A stretch of 64,000 nt of DNA from an uncultured Pseudomonadota bacterium (lineage in GTDB: Bacteria > Babelota > Babeliae > Babelales > CAIQNR01). Shown piece after piece: positions 18,203 through 29,334 of the stretch (position 1 is its first letter; the number at the start of each line of letters is the position of its first letter). The notes beneath the pieces were generated by a model. That model did not search any database. It worked only from the letters and a program-made list of their open reading frames with translations, and was not told the origin of the DNA. The position numbers and the translations under genes were made by a program. The stretch lies in the NCBI GenBank assembly GCA_964433415.1, contig CAYSQM010000006.1, positions 2,755-66,754 on the forward strand, in the 5' to 3' direction.

Positions 18203-20122
18203 TTAATAAAGCAATGGAAAAACTTCAGAATCATCATCGCAACTAGAAACAACTCCAGTCTTTAAATTTACCTTAACTTCACGCAAAGATGGATCTACTG
18301 AAAAGCATTTTTGCGTAGTAGGAATTGTTTTATGAAGAGCAAGCCAAATAGGATAACCAGTATGTACTGGAAAAATATTTTTACCCATAGGTCTATTATT
18401 ATCAAATCCTGTATAAATTACTGTCGTTAGCTCAGGAGTTGAGCCACCAAACCAGCAAATTCGCGAATCATTTGTAGTACCTGTTTTATTAAAAGCATCA
18501 GAATCAATCCATTCTGATGAAAGTTTTCTTCTTCTGTCCATGCCTAAACTTAATACACGAACTACCTGACTTACCACCTTTAAATCCACTACTCGTTCAG
18601 TTTCTATTACAGAACTATAAATTTTCTTACCCTGCCTATCTTTAATCCAACTAATAAAATGTGGTTCCACATAGACCCCACCATTAGCAAAAACATTAAA
18701 CATTCCTGCCACCTGTATTACTGAACTATCAACACAACCAAGTGCAAGTGATGGATAAGGCAAAGCATTAAAAATTCTAAATTTCTTTGCTAGCTCAGAA
18801 ACTTTTTTTGGACCAACTGCTAATATAGTTTTTGCAGAAACAATATTATTAGAATAAGACAATGCATAAGCTAATGTCATACTCCCTTCATGCTCTAAGT
18901 GATAATTATGGGGCTCCCAAATTTGGTTACCTGATTGCAAAATAAATGGTTCATCAATAGCAGTATCTAAGAATGTCATCCCATGTTGAATTGCTGCCGC
19001 ATATAAAATTGGTTTAAAAATAGAACCTTGTTGCCTTTGTCCTTGCAATGCACGATTAAAAGGTGATTTTTTAAAATCTACTCCCCCAATTAATGCTTTA
19101 ACGCCACCAGTCTTTACTTCAAGTGTTAATAATGCTCCTTGAATATCTTGACCAATTTTATTGGTCAGCTCATGAGTGTAATGTTCATAAAAAGATTTTT
19201 GAGCCTTTCTTTGAATAGTTTTATTTAAAGTTGTTTGAATAGAAAGTCCACCTGTATAGACCATCTGTTTTCCAAATTTTTCTTCCAAAAATTGCCGTAT
19301 TGATTCATATAAATAAGGAGCCATAATCTCATTATCTGTTGATACCTTTAAATTTAATAATTCAACAGATGCTTTTTCATACTCATCATGCGTAATAAAA
19401 GAGCATTTCAAAAGCTGTCCTAATACAAAGTTTCTTCTTCTTACTGCCAGTTCAGGATCATATAATGGGCTATAATTTCCAGGCGATGGAATAATGGATG
19501 CAAGTAATGCAGCTTGGGCAATTGAAACTTGTTCAATACTAATACCCCAAAAACGTTGTGCTGCGGCCTCTACCCCATAAATACCTGAACCAAAATAAAT
19601 ATTATTTAAATAAGTTTCTAAAATCTGTTCTTTAGTAAATTGTTGCTCTACTAAAAGTGATAAAAACTGTTCTTTTAATTTACGTGAAAATGTTTTTCTG
19701 CCATCAAAATATAAAAGTTTAATGAGTTGTTGCGTAATAGTACTGGCACCCTGAGCTCTTTTACCTCGTGCAATATTTACTAATGTTGAACGAATAATAC
19801 CTCGCCAAGATAATCCGCTATGTTTAAAAAACGATCTATCTTCTGCTGCAATAAATGATTTAATAAGATGATCTGGCATCTGAAAAAGAGAGACAGGCAT
19901 ACGTTTATCTAGCTGAAATCGCGCCCATTCTTTTCCTTCATCATCTAAAAGTATTGATGGCAAACCCTGATTATAATTTCCAAGAATGGAAAAATCAACA
20001 ACTGGGTAGGTTCTTAAAAAGAAAGCCCCCCCCCATACAATAGCCAAAACACATACCAAAATAGTAATAGCTGATGGCATAATTTTCTTAAAAATTTTCT
20101 TTAAATTCACAATAAAATTCAC
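18203..20122 (-). CDS. mrcA: class A penicillin-binding protein (glycosyltransferase + transpeptidase)
   Basis: GT51 motifs EDRSFFKHSGL and GASTITQQL; transpeptidase motifs SIFKP (SxxK), SYSNN (SxN) and KTGTTND (KTG). GTG at 20122, or ATG at 20080. Confidence 0.9.
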   Translation of the reverse strand: MNFIVNLKKIFKKIMPSAITILVCVLAIVWGGAFFLRTYPVVDFSILGNYNQGLPSILLDDEGKEWARFQLDKRMPVSLFQMPDHLIKSFIAAEDRSFFKHSGLSWRGIIRSTLVNIARGKRAQGASTITQQLIKLLYFDGRKTFSRKLKEQFLSLLVEQQFTKEQILETYLNNIYFGSGIYGVEAAAQRFWGISIEQVSIAQAALLASIIPSPGNYSPLYDPELAVRRRNFVLGQLLKCSFITHDEYEKASVELLNLKVSTDNEIMAPYLYESIRQFLEEKFGKQMVYTGGLSIQTTLNKTIQRKAQKSFYEHYTHELTNKIGQDIQGALLTLEVKTGGVKALIGGVDFKKSPFNRALQGQRQQGSIFKPILYAAAIQHGMTFLDTAIDEPFILQSGNQIWEPHNYHLEHEGSMTLAYALSYSNNIVSAKTILAVGPKKVSELAKKFRIFNALPYPSLALGCVDSSVIQVAGMFNVFANGGVYVEPHFISWIKDRQGKKIYSSVIETERVVDLKVVSQVVRVLSLGMDRRRKLSSEWIDSDAFNKTGTTNDSRICWFGGSTPELTTVIYTGFDNNRPMGKNIFPVHTGYPIWLALHKTIPTTQKCFSVDPSLREVKVNLKTGVVSSCDDDSEVFPLLY

Positions 20123-20338
20123 AATCCCAGATCCATACTCTTAAAGCTTTTTACTCTATTAATAATATTCTTACAATAAGTATAACCTGATTATTGACTT
20201 TTGTTATCCATGATTAACTATCAAATACATCTATAATCTAGATGCAATAAATTGATTAGCAAATTGGTTAATAGCAACTAATCTGTTACAGTAATTCTTT
20301 TTATAATTAATTATCAAAATAAAAAATTAGAGAGATTT

Positions 20339-20782
20339 ATGTTGATTCCATTATTTACAAGTTTAATAAGTTGCTGCTTATTATTTATTTTAGAAATTAG
20401 TATTGCGCATTATACAGGATATTTTCCACTTTTCATGCTTACTAGTTTTTTAATTATAAGTTTATTTATTGATTCACTAACTTATTTCTCTTTAATTCCA
20501 ATTATTTTTATTGGTTTTGAATCATTACTTTTTCATGATAGCTTCTTACTTGCTTTTTACTGGATTATTCCAACAATATTTTTAGCAATTTTTCTTAAAA
20601 ATAAAATGCTCACCCCCTTTCTTACAGCAACTATTACGCTTATTTTTTGCATGCTTTTACACTTTATAATAGTTTTACTTTATAGTTATAATCTACCTCT
20701 ATCATACTATACAGTTTTACAAATAGGTGTTAACCTTCTTTTTATACTAATATCTTTGAAATATTTACCCACAGTAAAATAA
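20339..20782 (+). CDS. small polytopic membrane protein (MreD-like is possible)
   Basis: 147 aa with 4-5 TM helices and no diagnostic motif. Lies divergent from the PBP gene. Confidence 0.3.
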   Translation: MLIPLFTSLISCCLLFILEISIAHYTGYFPLFMLTSFLIISLFIDSLTYFSLIPIIFIGFESLLFHDSFLLAFYWIIPTIFLAIFLKNKMLTPFLTATITLIFCMLLHFIIVLLYSYNLPLSYYTVLQIGVNLLFILISLKYLPTVK

Positions 20783-20794
20783 GGCAATCGCTCC

Positions 20795-21153
20795 TTAAAA
20801 AAAGCTGGTCTTTTAATGAGGGGAGGAAAGTCCGGACTCCTAACAAACAAGATACCTTGGGAGAGCCATTTAGATGACTACAATCAAGGGGGGTGCGAGC
20901 CCATGGATAGTGCCACAGAAAATAACCGCCACTTGTATTTACACATATGGTAAGGGTGAAAATGTGCGGTAAGAGCGCACAGGTTATATTAGCAATAATA
21001 TAACGGGGTAAACCCTATCTGGAGCAAGACAAAATAGGCATACGTGATTTGTTTGTTATCGTATACGTATGCGGGTGTGTCGCTTAGATACATGGTTGCC
21101 ATGTATATTTAGTTCGCTAATATATACTCACAGAATCCGGCTTATCATTTTAG
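20795..21153 (+). ncRNA. rnpB: RNase P RNA, bacterial type A (ends +/- 20 nt)
   Basis: GGGAGGAAAGTCCGGACTCC at ~20820-20840, AAGGGTGAAA at ~20952, GCGGTAAGAGCGCAC at ~20966-20980 and CACAGAATCCGGCTTATC at ~21129-21146 match universally conserved P4/J regions. Confidence 0.9.
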
Positions 21154-21220
21154 TGTGGGTAACCAATTTATAAAAAAATTCATAATAATTCTTAATTATA
21201 AAGAAAATATACAAAAAATT

Positions 21221-21940
21221 ATGTTAAAAAAAATTAAATGGCTCATTCCTTTTATGCTCTTTTTTCTTGGTTATTTCATGCCACATATTTTTTTTAAAAT
21301 AGATTCTATTGAAGTGCCCAATGTTCTTGGAAAACAATCTCATGAAGCACTTACTCTTCTTGGCAATGCGCAAATCAATAGCCGTGTAGTTTGTTATAAA
21401 GAAGATCAAACCTTACCAGCTGGCACAGTACTAACTCAAATTCCTGCACCAGGACAATCAATTAAACCACATCAAACAATATTTCTGACAATTTCCAATT
21501 GTGCTGCACCTTTAACTACCCCCTCATACATTGGGCAACCATTAACAGAAGATACGATAAAACATTTTAAGAAACAGGCAATTAAATTTAAAAAAATTTG
21601 TTTATCTTCAACTACTCCACAAGGAAATTGCATTGCACAAATTCCTTCACCAAACACTATATCTCTTAATAAATCATTGATTCTTTATATAGCATCTCAG
21701 AATAATTCTCAAGTAATTTTTCCCAACTTTGAAGATATTAATTGTATAGAAGTAACTCAGTTCTTAACTGAAAAAAATATACCATATAAAATTATTCATA
21801 GCGCAACCCAACCAGCTGACCATGATTGCACAACTTCTCAATGTATAGTCTTTGAACAACGCCCTTTAGCTGGATCATTTATTAATCTACAAGACCCTAT
21901 TTCAGTAAGTATAAAAGTAAAAAACTTAATAGCACACTAA
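21221..21940 (+). CDS. membrane-anchored protein with three PASTA-like repeats and no kinase or PBP domain
   Basis: N-terminal TM (WLIPFMLFFLGYF). Three ~65-aa units start EVPNVLGKQ, TTPSYIGQP and IFPNFEDIN, each with a later (Q)xPxxG-like motif (TQIPAPGQ, AQIPSPNT, EQRPLAGS). Confidence 0.55.
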   Translation: MLKKIKWLIPFMLFFLGYFMPHIFFKIDSIEVPNVLGKQSHEALTLLGNAQINSRVVCYKEDQTLPAGTVLTQIPAPGQSIKPHQTIFLTISNCAAPLTTPSYIGQPLTEDTIKHFKKQAIKFKKICLSSTTPQGNCIAQIPSPNTISLNKSLILYIASQNNSQVIFPNFEDINCIEVTQFLTEKNIPYKIIHSATQPADHDCTTSQCIVFEQRPLAGSFINLQDPISVSIKVKNLIAH

Positions 21941-22909
21941 AACATCAAGTAAACGGCTCACTGGCTGTTTTTCATAAATACATGCATACAAAGCTAATAA
22001 AATTGGCATATGTAACTGATAATTATCTAAAATTTGTTTGACCGTAGCAATGGTGGAAATACCTTCAGGTATGCATCGAACTTCTTTTTGTGCTTGCTCA
22101 ATAGACAATCCTTTACCAATCAAAGCCCCAAATGCTAAATTTTTACTTGATTTTCCAAATCCTGTTAATACAATATCACCAATTCCGGCTAAACCTTCTA
22201 ACGTTTGCGCAGTATAAATACTCTTAAACAAATGCATTACCTGTTTAATTTCATGCAATGATTGCACCATAAAAAAAGATTTTGTATTGTCCTTACACCC
22301 AGCACCATCAAGCATTCCAATGCCTAAAGTTATAATGTTTTTAAGCGCCGAACAAACCTGAACACCACGCACATCACTTGATGGAAATAATTTAAAATAT
22401 TCATTTTCAAGCAACTCTTTTAATTCAATAATTAAATCATGGTCAGTACTTGCAGCTACTACGCCAGTTAATTGTTTCTCGCATAATTCACGTGCAAAAC
22501 TTGGACCAGCAATAACAACAATGTCTACCTCTGCTCCAAAAAGATCATGAAAAATATCAGTAGGCAAAGCGCAAGATTCTTTCTCTATTCCTTTACTTAA
22601 TATTACAAAACGTTGAAATAATTTATAATGCGGTTTCAACTCCTGTAAAATAGTACGCAAATAAGGTACAGGAATAGCCTCAAATATCCATTCAACCCCA
22701 TCAATCGCTTCTTCTAACGAACTGACCGATTTAATATTTTCATCAAGTATCACATCAGGAAGATAGATCTTATTCTCCTGAGTTTCTTGTATAATTTTTA
22801 CTAGATCTTTTTCATACGCCCATAATTTAACAATACTACCATTACGTGCTAAAACTGTTGCAATTGCTGTCCCCCACGCACCTGCCCCAAGAACACACAC
22901 TTTCTTCAT
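21926..22909 (-). CDS. gpsA: NAD(P)H-dependent glycerol-3-phosphate dehydrogenase
   Basis: VLGAGAWGTAIA Rossmann motif, LSKGIE and ALKNIITLGIG. Confidence 0.85.
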   Translation of the reverse strand: MKKVCVLGAGAWGTAIATVLARNGSIVKLWAYEKDLVKIIQETQENKIYLPDVILDENIKSVSSLEEAIDGVEWIFEAIPVPYLRTILQELKPHYKLFQRFVILSKGIEKESCALPTDIFHDLFGAEVDIVVIAGPSFARELCEKQLTGVVAASTDHDLIIELKELLENEYFKLFPSSDVRGVQVCSALKNIITLGIGMLDGAGCKDNTKSFFMVQSLHEIKQVMHLFKSIYTAQTLEGLAGIGDIVLTGFGKSSKNLAFGALIGKGLSIEQAQKEVRCIPEGISTIATVKQILDNYQLHMPILLALYACIYEKQPVSRLLDVLVCY

Positions 22910-22930
22910 ACTTCTTGCCCTTTCTATTAT

Positions 22931-23641
22931 TTATGCCCCATAGTTTCTTTTTGCTTCATTAAACCATTCAAGCGCCTGTATTAATTCTTTCTCAGTAACT
23001 TCTGGCCAAAAACAATTTAAAAAATAAAGTTCACTATAAGCTCCTTGGAATAAAAGAAAATTGCTTAACCGCTGTGCGCCACCAGTTCTGATAATTAAAT
23101 CTGGATAAGGAATAGCACCACTCCATAAACATTTTTTAAACTCTTCTTCATTTTGCCATGCAGTTTCTGGCAAAAATCCATCATTAATTTTTTGTGATAA
23201 CAAATGTGCAGCTGCCATAATTTCTTGACGTCCACCATAACAGAATAAAATTTGCACAAAAAGCTTAGCTCCTTGTGCAGTGATTTGTTCAAGTTTCTCA
23301 CATGATGCTTTTACTGAGTCTGGAAACAACATACGATCACCTACAAAACGAATCGATACTCCATTTTTTAAAAAAGAATTTATATCATCTTGCGATATAT
23401 TGGTAATAAGTTGGAATAAACAGTTTTTTTCCAGCTCAGAACGTTTAAAATTTTCCAAAGAAAATGCATATAATGAAAGATAAGAAATACCTTTCTGTAA
23501 GCAAAATTTTACAGCTGAGCGTGCAGCAGCAACACCACCAGTACTATGCCCCATAAAAATATTATATGAATTTTTACGAGCCCATCGCCTATTGCCATCC
23601 ATAATGATAGCAAGATGTTGTAATTTATTTATTGAATTCAA
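22931..23641 (-). CDS. uppS: undecaprenyl diphosphate synthase (cis-prenyltransferase)
   Basis: HLAIIMDGNRRWA, IRTGGAQRLSNFLLFQGAYSELYF. Confidence 0.9.
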   Translation of the reverse strand: MNSINKLQHLAIIMDGNRRWARKNSYNIFMGHSTGGVAAARSAVKFCLQKGISYLSLYAFSLENFKRSELEKNCLFQLITNISQDDINSFLKNGVSIRFVGDRMLFPDSVKASCEKLEQITAQGAKLFVQILFCYGGRQEIMAAAHLLSQKINDGFLPETAWQNEEEFKKCLWSGAIPYPDLIIRTGGAQRLSNFLLFQGAYSELYFLNCFWPEVTEKELIQALEWFNEAKRNYGA

Positions 23642-24288
23642 TGGATAACCTTTGAATTGTTAATCGTATTTTTTGAAAAAATATTACCAAGCACTATAGA
23701 AAAATGATAAACAGCTGTCATCATTAATGCAAAAATTAATCGTTCAAAAAATACTACCGGTATTAATGCCCACCATAAAGCTGGCGCAGTATAAATAGTG
23801 TAAAGACAAATAACAGAACCAACAGCATGAGCTACAAAAGTACTTAATAATGCTTGAATAAACACAGAACGTTCAGGAATAAAAGTAAAAATTATAGGAA
23901 TAAACCAATAGAAAGTATAAAGCCATGATGCAAAACCAACAGGATGCATTAAAAACAATACTATACATATGAATGGTATCCCTCCAGTAATAAGCTTACG
24001 AGAAGTTGCCCAAGAGACTGCTGCGCAAAGTCCAGGAATATGATATATTAATAATAATGGGCTTTGACCATGCAATATAAACTTAATTAATGTCCGGATA
24101 CTAAATAAAAATCCAGAAAATCCAAGTCCTATTGCGCCAGTCAGTGGCATAAGCGCATCAAAACCAGTAAACATAAAACCTGGCATTCCGACAATTTGAT
24201 TTATGATACAATGTCGTGATAAGAATAAAATCATTGTAACCAAGCTCAAACAAAAAAGAGCCGGTAAACCTTTGAGTTTGTTTTTCAT
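23638..24288 (-). CDS. polytopic membrane protein, function unknown
   Basis: 216 aa with ~6 TM helices. ATGA overlap with the uppS start suggests translational coupling. Confidence 0.5.
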   Translation of the reverse strand: MKNKLKGLPALFCLSLVTMILFLSRHCIINQIVGMPGFMFTGFDALMPLTGAIGLGFSGFLFSIRTLIKFILHGQSPLLLIYHIPGLCAAVSWATSRKLITGGIPFICIVLFLMHPVGFASWLYTFYWFIPIIFTFIPERSVFIQALLSTFVAHAVGSVICLYTIYTAPALWWALIPVVFFERLIFALMMTAVYHFSIVLGNIFSKNTINNSKVIH

Positions 24289-24403
24289 AATTTTGTATCC
24301 TGTACCTAATTAAAAAGAATGAACAAAAATTTCATTATAAAAGTACTAGGCAATAGATGAATAATCAACAGTAAAATAGTACCTACTAACAAGGAGTACA
24401 CTT

Positions 24404-25069
24404 ATGAAGTATAAAGCACTTATTTTTGATATGGATGGAACAATTATAAATTCTGAACATATCTGGAAAAAAGCAACCCGAGATCTTATTGAAAGCAAAG
24501 GAGTAATCCTTTCTGATGAAGATCATGATAAACTTAATGAACGATTAAAAGGATTAGCTATCAGAGCATCTTGTTCTATTATTAAAGCAGAAACAGACAT
24601 GTCTCATGATCTTGAAGATTTAATGAGAGAAAAAAAACAACGTGCTTTTGATCTTTACAAAAATGGAATACTTTTTATAGAAGGGTTTCAAAATTTTCAT
24701 AAAAAAGTTCTTGAACATAACCTTAAAACTGGTATTGCAACCAGTGCCGATGATCTCACGTTAGAAGCTGCAATTAGCCACCTTAAGCTTAATAGTTTTT
24801 TTGGTGAACATATTTATGGCATTTCACAAGTTAACGATGTTTATAAACCAGCACCTGACATTTACTTACATACTGCCTTAAAACTTGGTATCGACCCAAA
24901 GGAATGTATCGCTATTGAAGATTCTCATTATGGGGTTCAAGCTGCCGTCAATGCTGGCATGTTCTGCATTGGAATTAACACTTCAAAAAACAGAGATAAC
25001 CTTAAAGATGCACATTTAATTGTAGAATCTTATGATGAAATTTGCCTTCTAAGCTTATTAAAACGTTAA
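24404..25069 (+). CDS. HAD-superfamily hydrolase (beta-phosphoglucomutase-like subfamily)
   Basis: LIFDMDGTIINSE (motif I), GIATSA (motif II) and IEDSHYGVQAAVNAG (motifs III/IV). Confidence 0.75.
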   Translation: MKYKALIFDMDGTIINSEHIWKKATRDLIESKGVILSDEDHDKLNERLKGLAIRASCSIIKAETDMSHDLEDLMREKKQRAFDLYKNGILFIEGFQNFHKKVLEHNLKTGIATSADDLTLEAAISHLKLNSFFGEHIYGISQVNDVYKPAPDIYLHTALKLGIDPKECIAIEDSHYGVQAAVNAGMFCIGINTSKNRDNLKDAHLIVESYDEICLLSLLKR

Positions 25070-25155
25070 CCTAAAGCTCTTTTAAAAAAATAGAGTTCTG
25101 GTATTCTTTATAGTAATAAAAACTTAAAAATGATTATAAAGAATACTGGGGTTAT

Positions 25156-25926
25156 ATGAAAAAATTACTTATCTCTTTATTCTGCTTACTATCACTCAAT
25201 TCATTAATCTATTCAGAAGAAAATTTTAGCACTCAAAGTTCTAAACCGCCTAAAGTGATAGTTTTTGATATTCATGATGTACTGATCACCACTAATGTTA
25301 CACTTTTTTTTACTGGTGGCCTTTGCAACCTGTTTCAAGGATTAAATTCAGTAACAGAAAAAGCACGTATTATTCCTCAAATCGTTTGTGGATTATGTGA
25401 TCCACGGATCTGGACCAATATTTATTTTTTAGGCAAAAACGGTAATAATATTACTGAATCATATTTTAATATGATCAAAAAATACAATTATCAACTTACT
25501 TTTAAAGCCCTTATTCATTGCGCTAATAATATATTCATTCCAATGCCTGGCATAGAAAACATCCTAGAGCAACTCATAAACCGTGGTTATAGATTAGAAT
25601 TATTTTCAAACATGGGACCAAGAGTACTTGAAAACTGTCGAACAAAACACCCTCTTTTTAATAAATATTTTCCTAGCTCTAATCTCATCAATAATAAACC
25701 ACATGATGGGATTTATAGTTGCAGAAAACCACAACTTGTCGCCTACGATACTGCTTTTAATGAACTTAAAGAAAGAAATCTAGAAATAATAACCTTTTCA
25801 GACATTCTCTTTATTGATGATAAAGAAAAAAATCTCAAACCTGCACAAAAATTTGGATGGAAAACTATTAACTTTAAATCTATACAACAGCTAGAACAAG
25901 AATTAAAACTTCAAGGAATTTTGTGA
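25156..25926 (+). CDS. secreted HAD-like protein (divergent)
   Basis: Signal peptide MKKLLISLFCLLSLNSLIYS; VIVFDIHDVLI (motif I-like), LFSNMG and LFIDDKEKN. Confidence 0.4.
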   Translation: MKKLLISLFCLLSLNSLIYSEENFSTQSSKPPKVIVFDIHDVLITTNVTLFFTGGLCNLFQGLNSVTEKARIIPQIVCGLCDPRIWTNIYFLGKNGNNITESYFNMIKKYNYQLTFKALIHCANNIFIPMPGIENILEQLINRGYRLELFSNMGPRVLENCRTKHPLFNKYFPSSNLINNKPHDGIYSCRKPQLVAYDTAFNELKERNLEIITFSDILFIDDKEKNLKPAQKFGWKTINFKSIQQLEQELKLQGIL

Positions 25927-26468
25927 TGATATTATTTAAAAGAAAAAGAGTAAGCTTAATTTTGAATCTATTGGCAGCTACAACATCAATTACTCATATC
26001 TACACAATGCAAATTGATGGTGATGAAAAGGAATACCAAAAATTTAACCACAGCAGCATTCCAAGTCCCTTTACATCTCAATTGCCAGAACATTCTTGTA
26101 TTGCTGGTGCTTTGTTCCGTGCACAAAAACCAAAATTACGTCTTAATGCTTTAAATTCTTTTGAAGCAATTTCCAATGAAATAAGTGAAGAAAGTAGCTT
26201 TGATTCTAGTGTTTTTAGAGAAGAATCGGATCTATTTGAAGAAGAAGCAAGAGGCAATAGATCTAATTCTGATTTTGAAAGAATACGAAGAGAAAAAACA
26301 AAAGAAAAAATATCATACAAAGTTGAAAAAAGAAAACACTCTGAATCAACTTCATCTCGGAAATCACCATGTGATTCTATTCAAGAAGAAGATGATGATG
26401 ATGATGATGAGAAAGAAGAAAATAATGGTATAATGAGATTAAAGCGTCTAAATTTTCTCAATAACTAA
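25923..26468 (+). CDS. hypothetical protein with hydrophobic N-terminus and acidic low-complexity C-terminus
   Basis: GTGATG start overlaps the upstream TGA stop. The EEDDDDDDEKEEN tract is encoded by (GAT)6. Confidence 0.45.
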   Translation: MMILFKRKRVSLILNLLAATTSITHIYTMQIDGDEKEYQKFNHSSIPSPFTSQLPEHSCIAGALFRAQKPKLRLNALNSFEAISNEISEESSFDSSVFREESDLFEEEARGNRSNSDFERIRREKTKEKISYKVEKRKHSESTSSRKSPCDSIQEEDDDDDDEKEENNGIMRLKRLNFLNN

Positions 26469-26485
26469 ACCTCTAGAGCCTTCTT

Positions 26486-27232
26486 ATGATTTCTTCTAAT
26501 TTCCTACTGATAATTCATTTTATTTACTCGAATATAATAAACTTTCTAGGTTCAACTTTATTTTCTTGTAATGAACTTACTTTTATAACACAAAGCGTGC
26601 TTATAAGTTTTTTTGTTATAATAGCTTTTAGACTAGGCAAAAGTGCTTTAACAGCGCTTATGGCAGTCTGTTGGATACTAGGAAATTTTTTTGCACTACA
26701 AGAAGCTACACTCTTTGGGTTTGAGGCAGTAACTTCAGACCCATTTGCTATTGGCGCTACACTTTCTATGACTTTTTTAAGTGAATATTATGGAGAAAAA
26801 GAAGCAAAAAAAGCGCTCTCAACGGGTATTTTAATGGCACTCTTTTTTGTTCTTATGGCAATTATACAAATATCCTATATGCCGAATGTTTTTGATACTA
26901 CTCATCATCATTTTAGTCCACTTTTAGGACGTATGACCCGCGTTATATTTTCTTCATTTATTGTTTCAACTAGTAGTCAATTATTGAATTTATCATTATT
27001 CAAAGGCTTTACAAAATTACTTGGTGACCGCTATTTTAGTGTAAGCACATTTTTAGCAGTGGCAATAAGTCAACTCTTTGATACTGCATTTTTCACCTTG
27101 CTTGCATTAGCAGGAAACGTACATTCAATTGCTCACATTATTATTTTTAGTACACTTATTAAATGGCTTTCTTTGGCTATCAGCATACCGTTTATACAAA
27201 TGTTTAGATCGCACAGACAAAAAGCCACCTAA
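26486..27232 (+). CDS. yhhQ: queuosine-precursor transporter (YhhQ/VUT family)
   Basis: 6-7 TM helices; LSEYYGEKEAKKA resembles the YhhQ E-x-YG-x-x-x-A-(K/R) motif, plus QLFDTAFF. Directly upstream of tgt. Confidence 0.6.
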   Translation: MISSNFLLIIHFIYSNIINFLGSTLFSCNELTFITQSVLISFFVIIAFRLGKSALTALMAVCWILGNFFALQEATLFGFEAVTSDPFAIGATLSMTFLSEYYGEKEAKKALSTGILMALFFVLMAIIQISYMPNVFDTTHHHFSPLLGRMTRVIFSSFIVSTSSQLLNLSLFKGFTKLLGDRYFSVSTFLAVAISQLFDTAFFTLLALAGNVHSIAHIIIFSTLIKWLSLAISIPFIQMFRSHRQKAT

Positions 27233-27270
27233 CATATTAATTATTTAGTCATTAAAATTTAGAGAAATAA

Positions 27271-28404
<1,134 letters not shown>

Positions 28405-28551
28405 TCTATCTATATAAAAAAATTCAATGTAACTAAAACTATATAAGTTATATAAAATAGAAGATCTCACAAAGATCACCAAAAAACTATTTGTTTTATA
28501 ATTTATATAGTTTATGAAATTAACAAAATAACTTATAAAAATAAGAGATTT

Positions 28552-29229
28552 TTAAAGAGCAAGAGCATGTTTTGTCTTCTCGCGTTTTAATATTTTTATC
28601 ATGTTTTCATCTAAAGGATTATGCCCAACATCTAAAGCAAAGCCAGAACAACTTTCAAGAAAAATAATAGAAAAAGTTTTTAATTTATTAAATCTATAAT
28701 TTAATTCTTTCAAATATCTTAATCTTATTATTTCTTCTTCATCTAAAGTCTCTAGTTGATTATATTTTAAATCAAGCTTAACCAATTTAGATATATCTCC
28801 AATCCGATGTAACCCTTTAATAGACGTTAATGATAACTTAGAAAAATCTAAAATAGATACATCTTCTGTATAAAAAATCTCATCATCTTCTGTTTCATCA
28901 TCTGATAATTCGTCAGCTTTTCTTAAACAACGAATACAAGAACGCAAAAAAATATTTGTACCAGATGCTTCAAGAAGATCATTAATTGATAAAGAATAAG
29001 AACAAGTACCATTTCTAAGCAATAGTGCTAACTCAGGATTTTGTGCTTTAAATTCTTGTAATGGTTCTTTTCTTTTATGCGGATATTTTTTTAATTGAAT
29101 TAATGCTAAACGCAGCATCTCTTTATTTATAAAACAATCTAGCGATAAAGTTTGTTCATCAAAATTTTGTTGAGCAGAATATGCACTACTTACAAAAAAC
29201 AAAAAACCTAATATTATTAATATTCTCAT
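28552..29229 (-). CDS. secreted leucine-rich-repeat protein (paralog of the 37-39 kb pair, without their C-terminal tail)
   Basis: Signal peptide MRILIILGFLFFVSSAYS. EMLRLALIQLKK and YSLSINDLLEA modules are shared with the other LRR proteins. LRRs include LVKLDLKYNQLETL and LKELNYRFNKLKTF. Confidence 0.65.
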   Translation of the reverse strand: MRILIILGFLFFVSSAYSAQQNFDEQTLSLDCFINKEMLRLALIQLKKYPHKRKEPLQEFKAQNPELALLLRNGTCSYSLSINDLLEASGTNIFLRSCIRCLRKADELSDDETEDDEIFYTEDVSILDFSKLSLTSIKGLHRIGDISKLVKLDLKYNQLETLDEEEIIRLRYLKELNYRFNKLKTFSIIFLESCSGFALDVGHNPLDENMIKILKREKTKHALAL

Positions 29230-29334
29230 AATCTTTCTTTCATTATCTTTTACCATTTTTTAAATACTAAGCACTGATTAAATAATTTACAAGCAACACC
29301 AAGCCCCTTTGACAACCTATTAACCAATGAACTT

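Noticed and set aside
21155-21220. GTG-initiated 5' extension of the PASTA-like ORF in the track (start 21155).
   Set aside because: It would begin directly at the 3' end of the RNase P RNA. The ATG at 21221 yields a normal N-terminal TM anchor.
26185-26433. Alternative-frame 82-aa ORF with a poly-Met run over the (GAT)6 tract, and the antisense ORF 26078-26320.
   Set aside because: These are frame artefacts of the trinucleotide repeat. The main frame (25923-26468) is longer and translationally coupled to the upstream gene.
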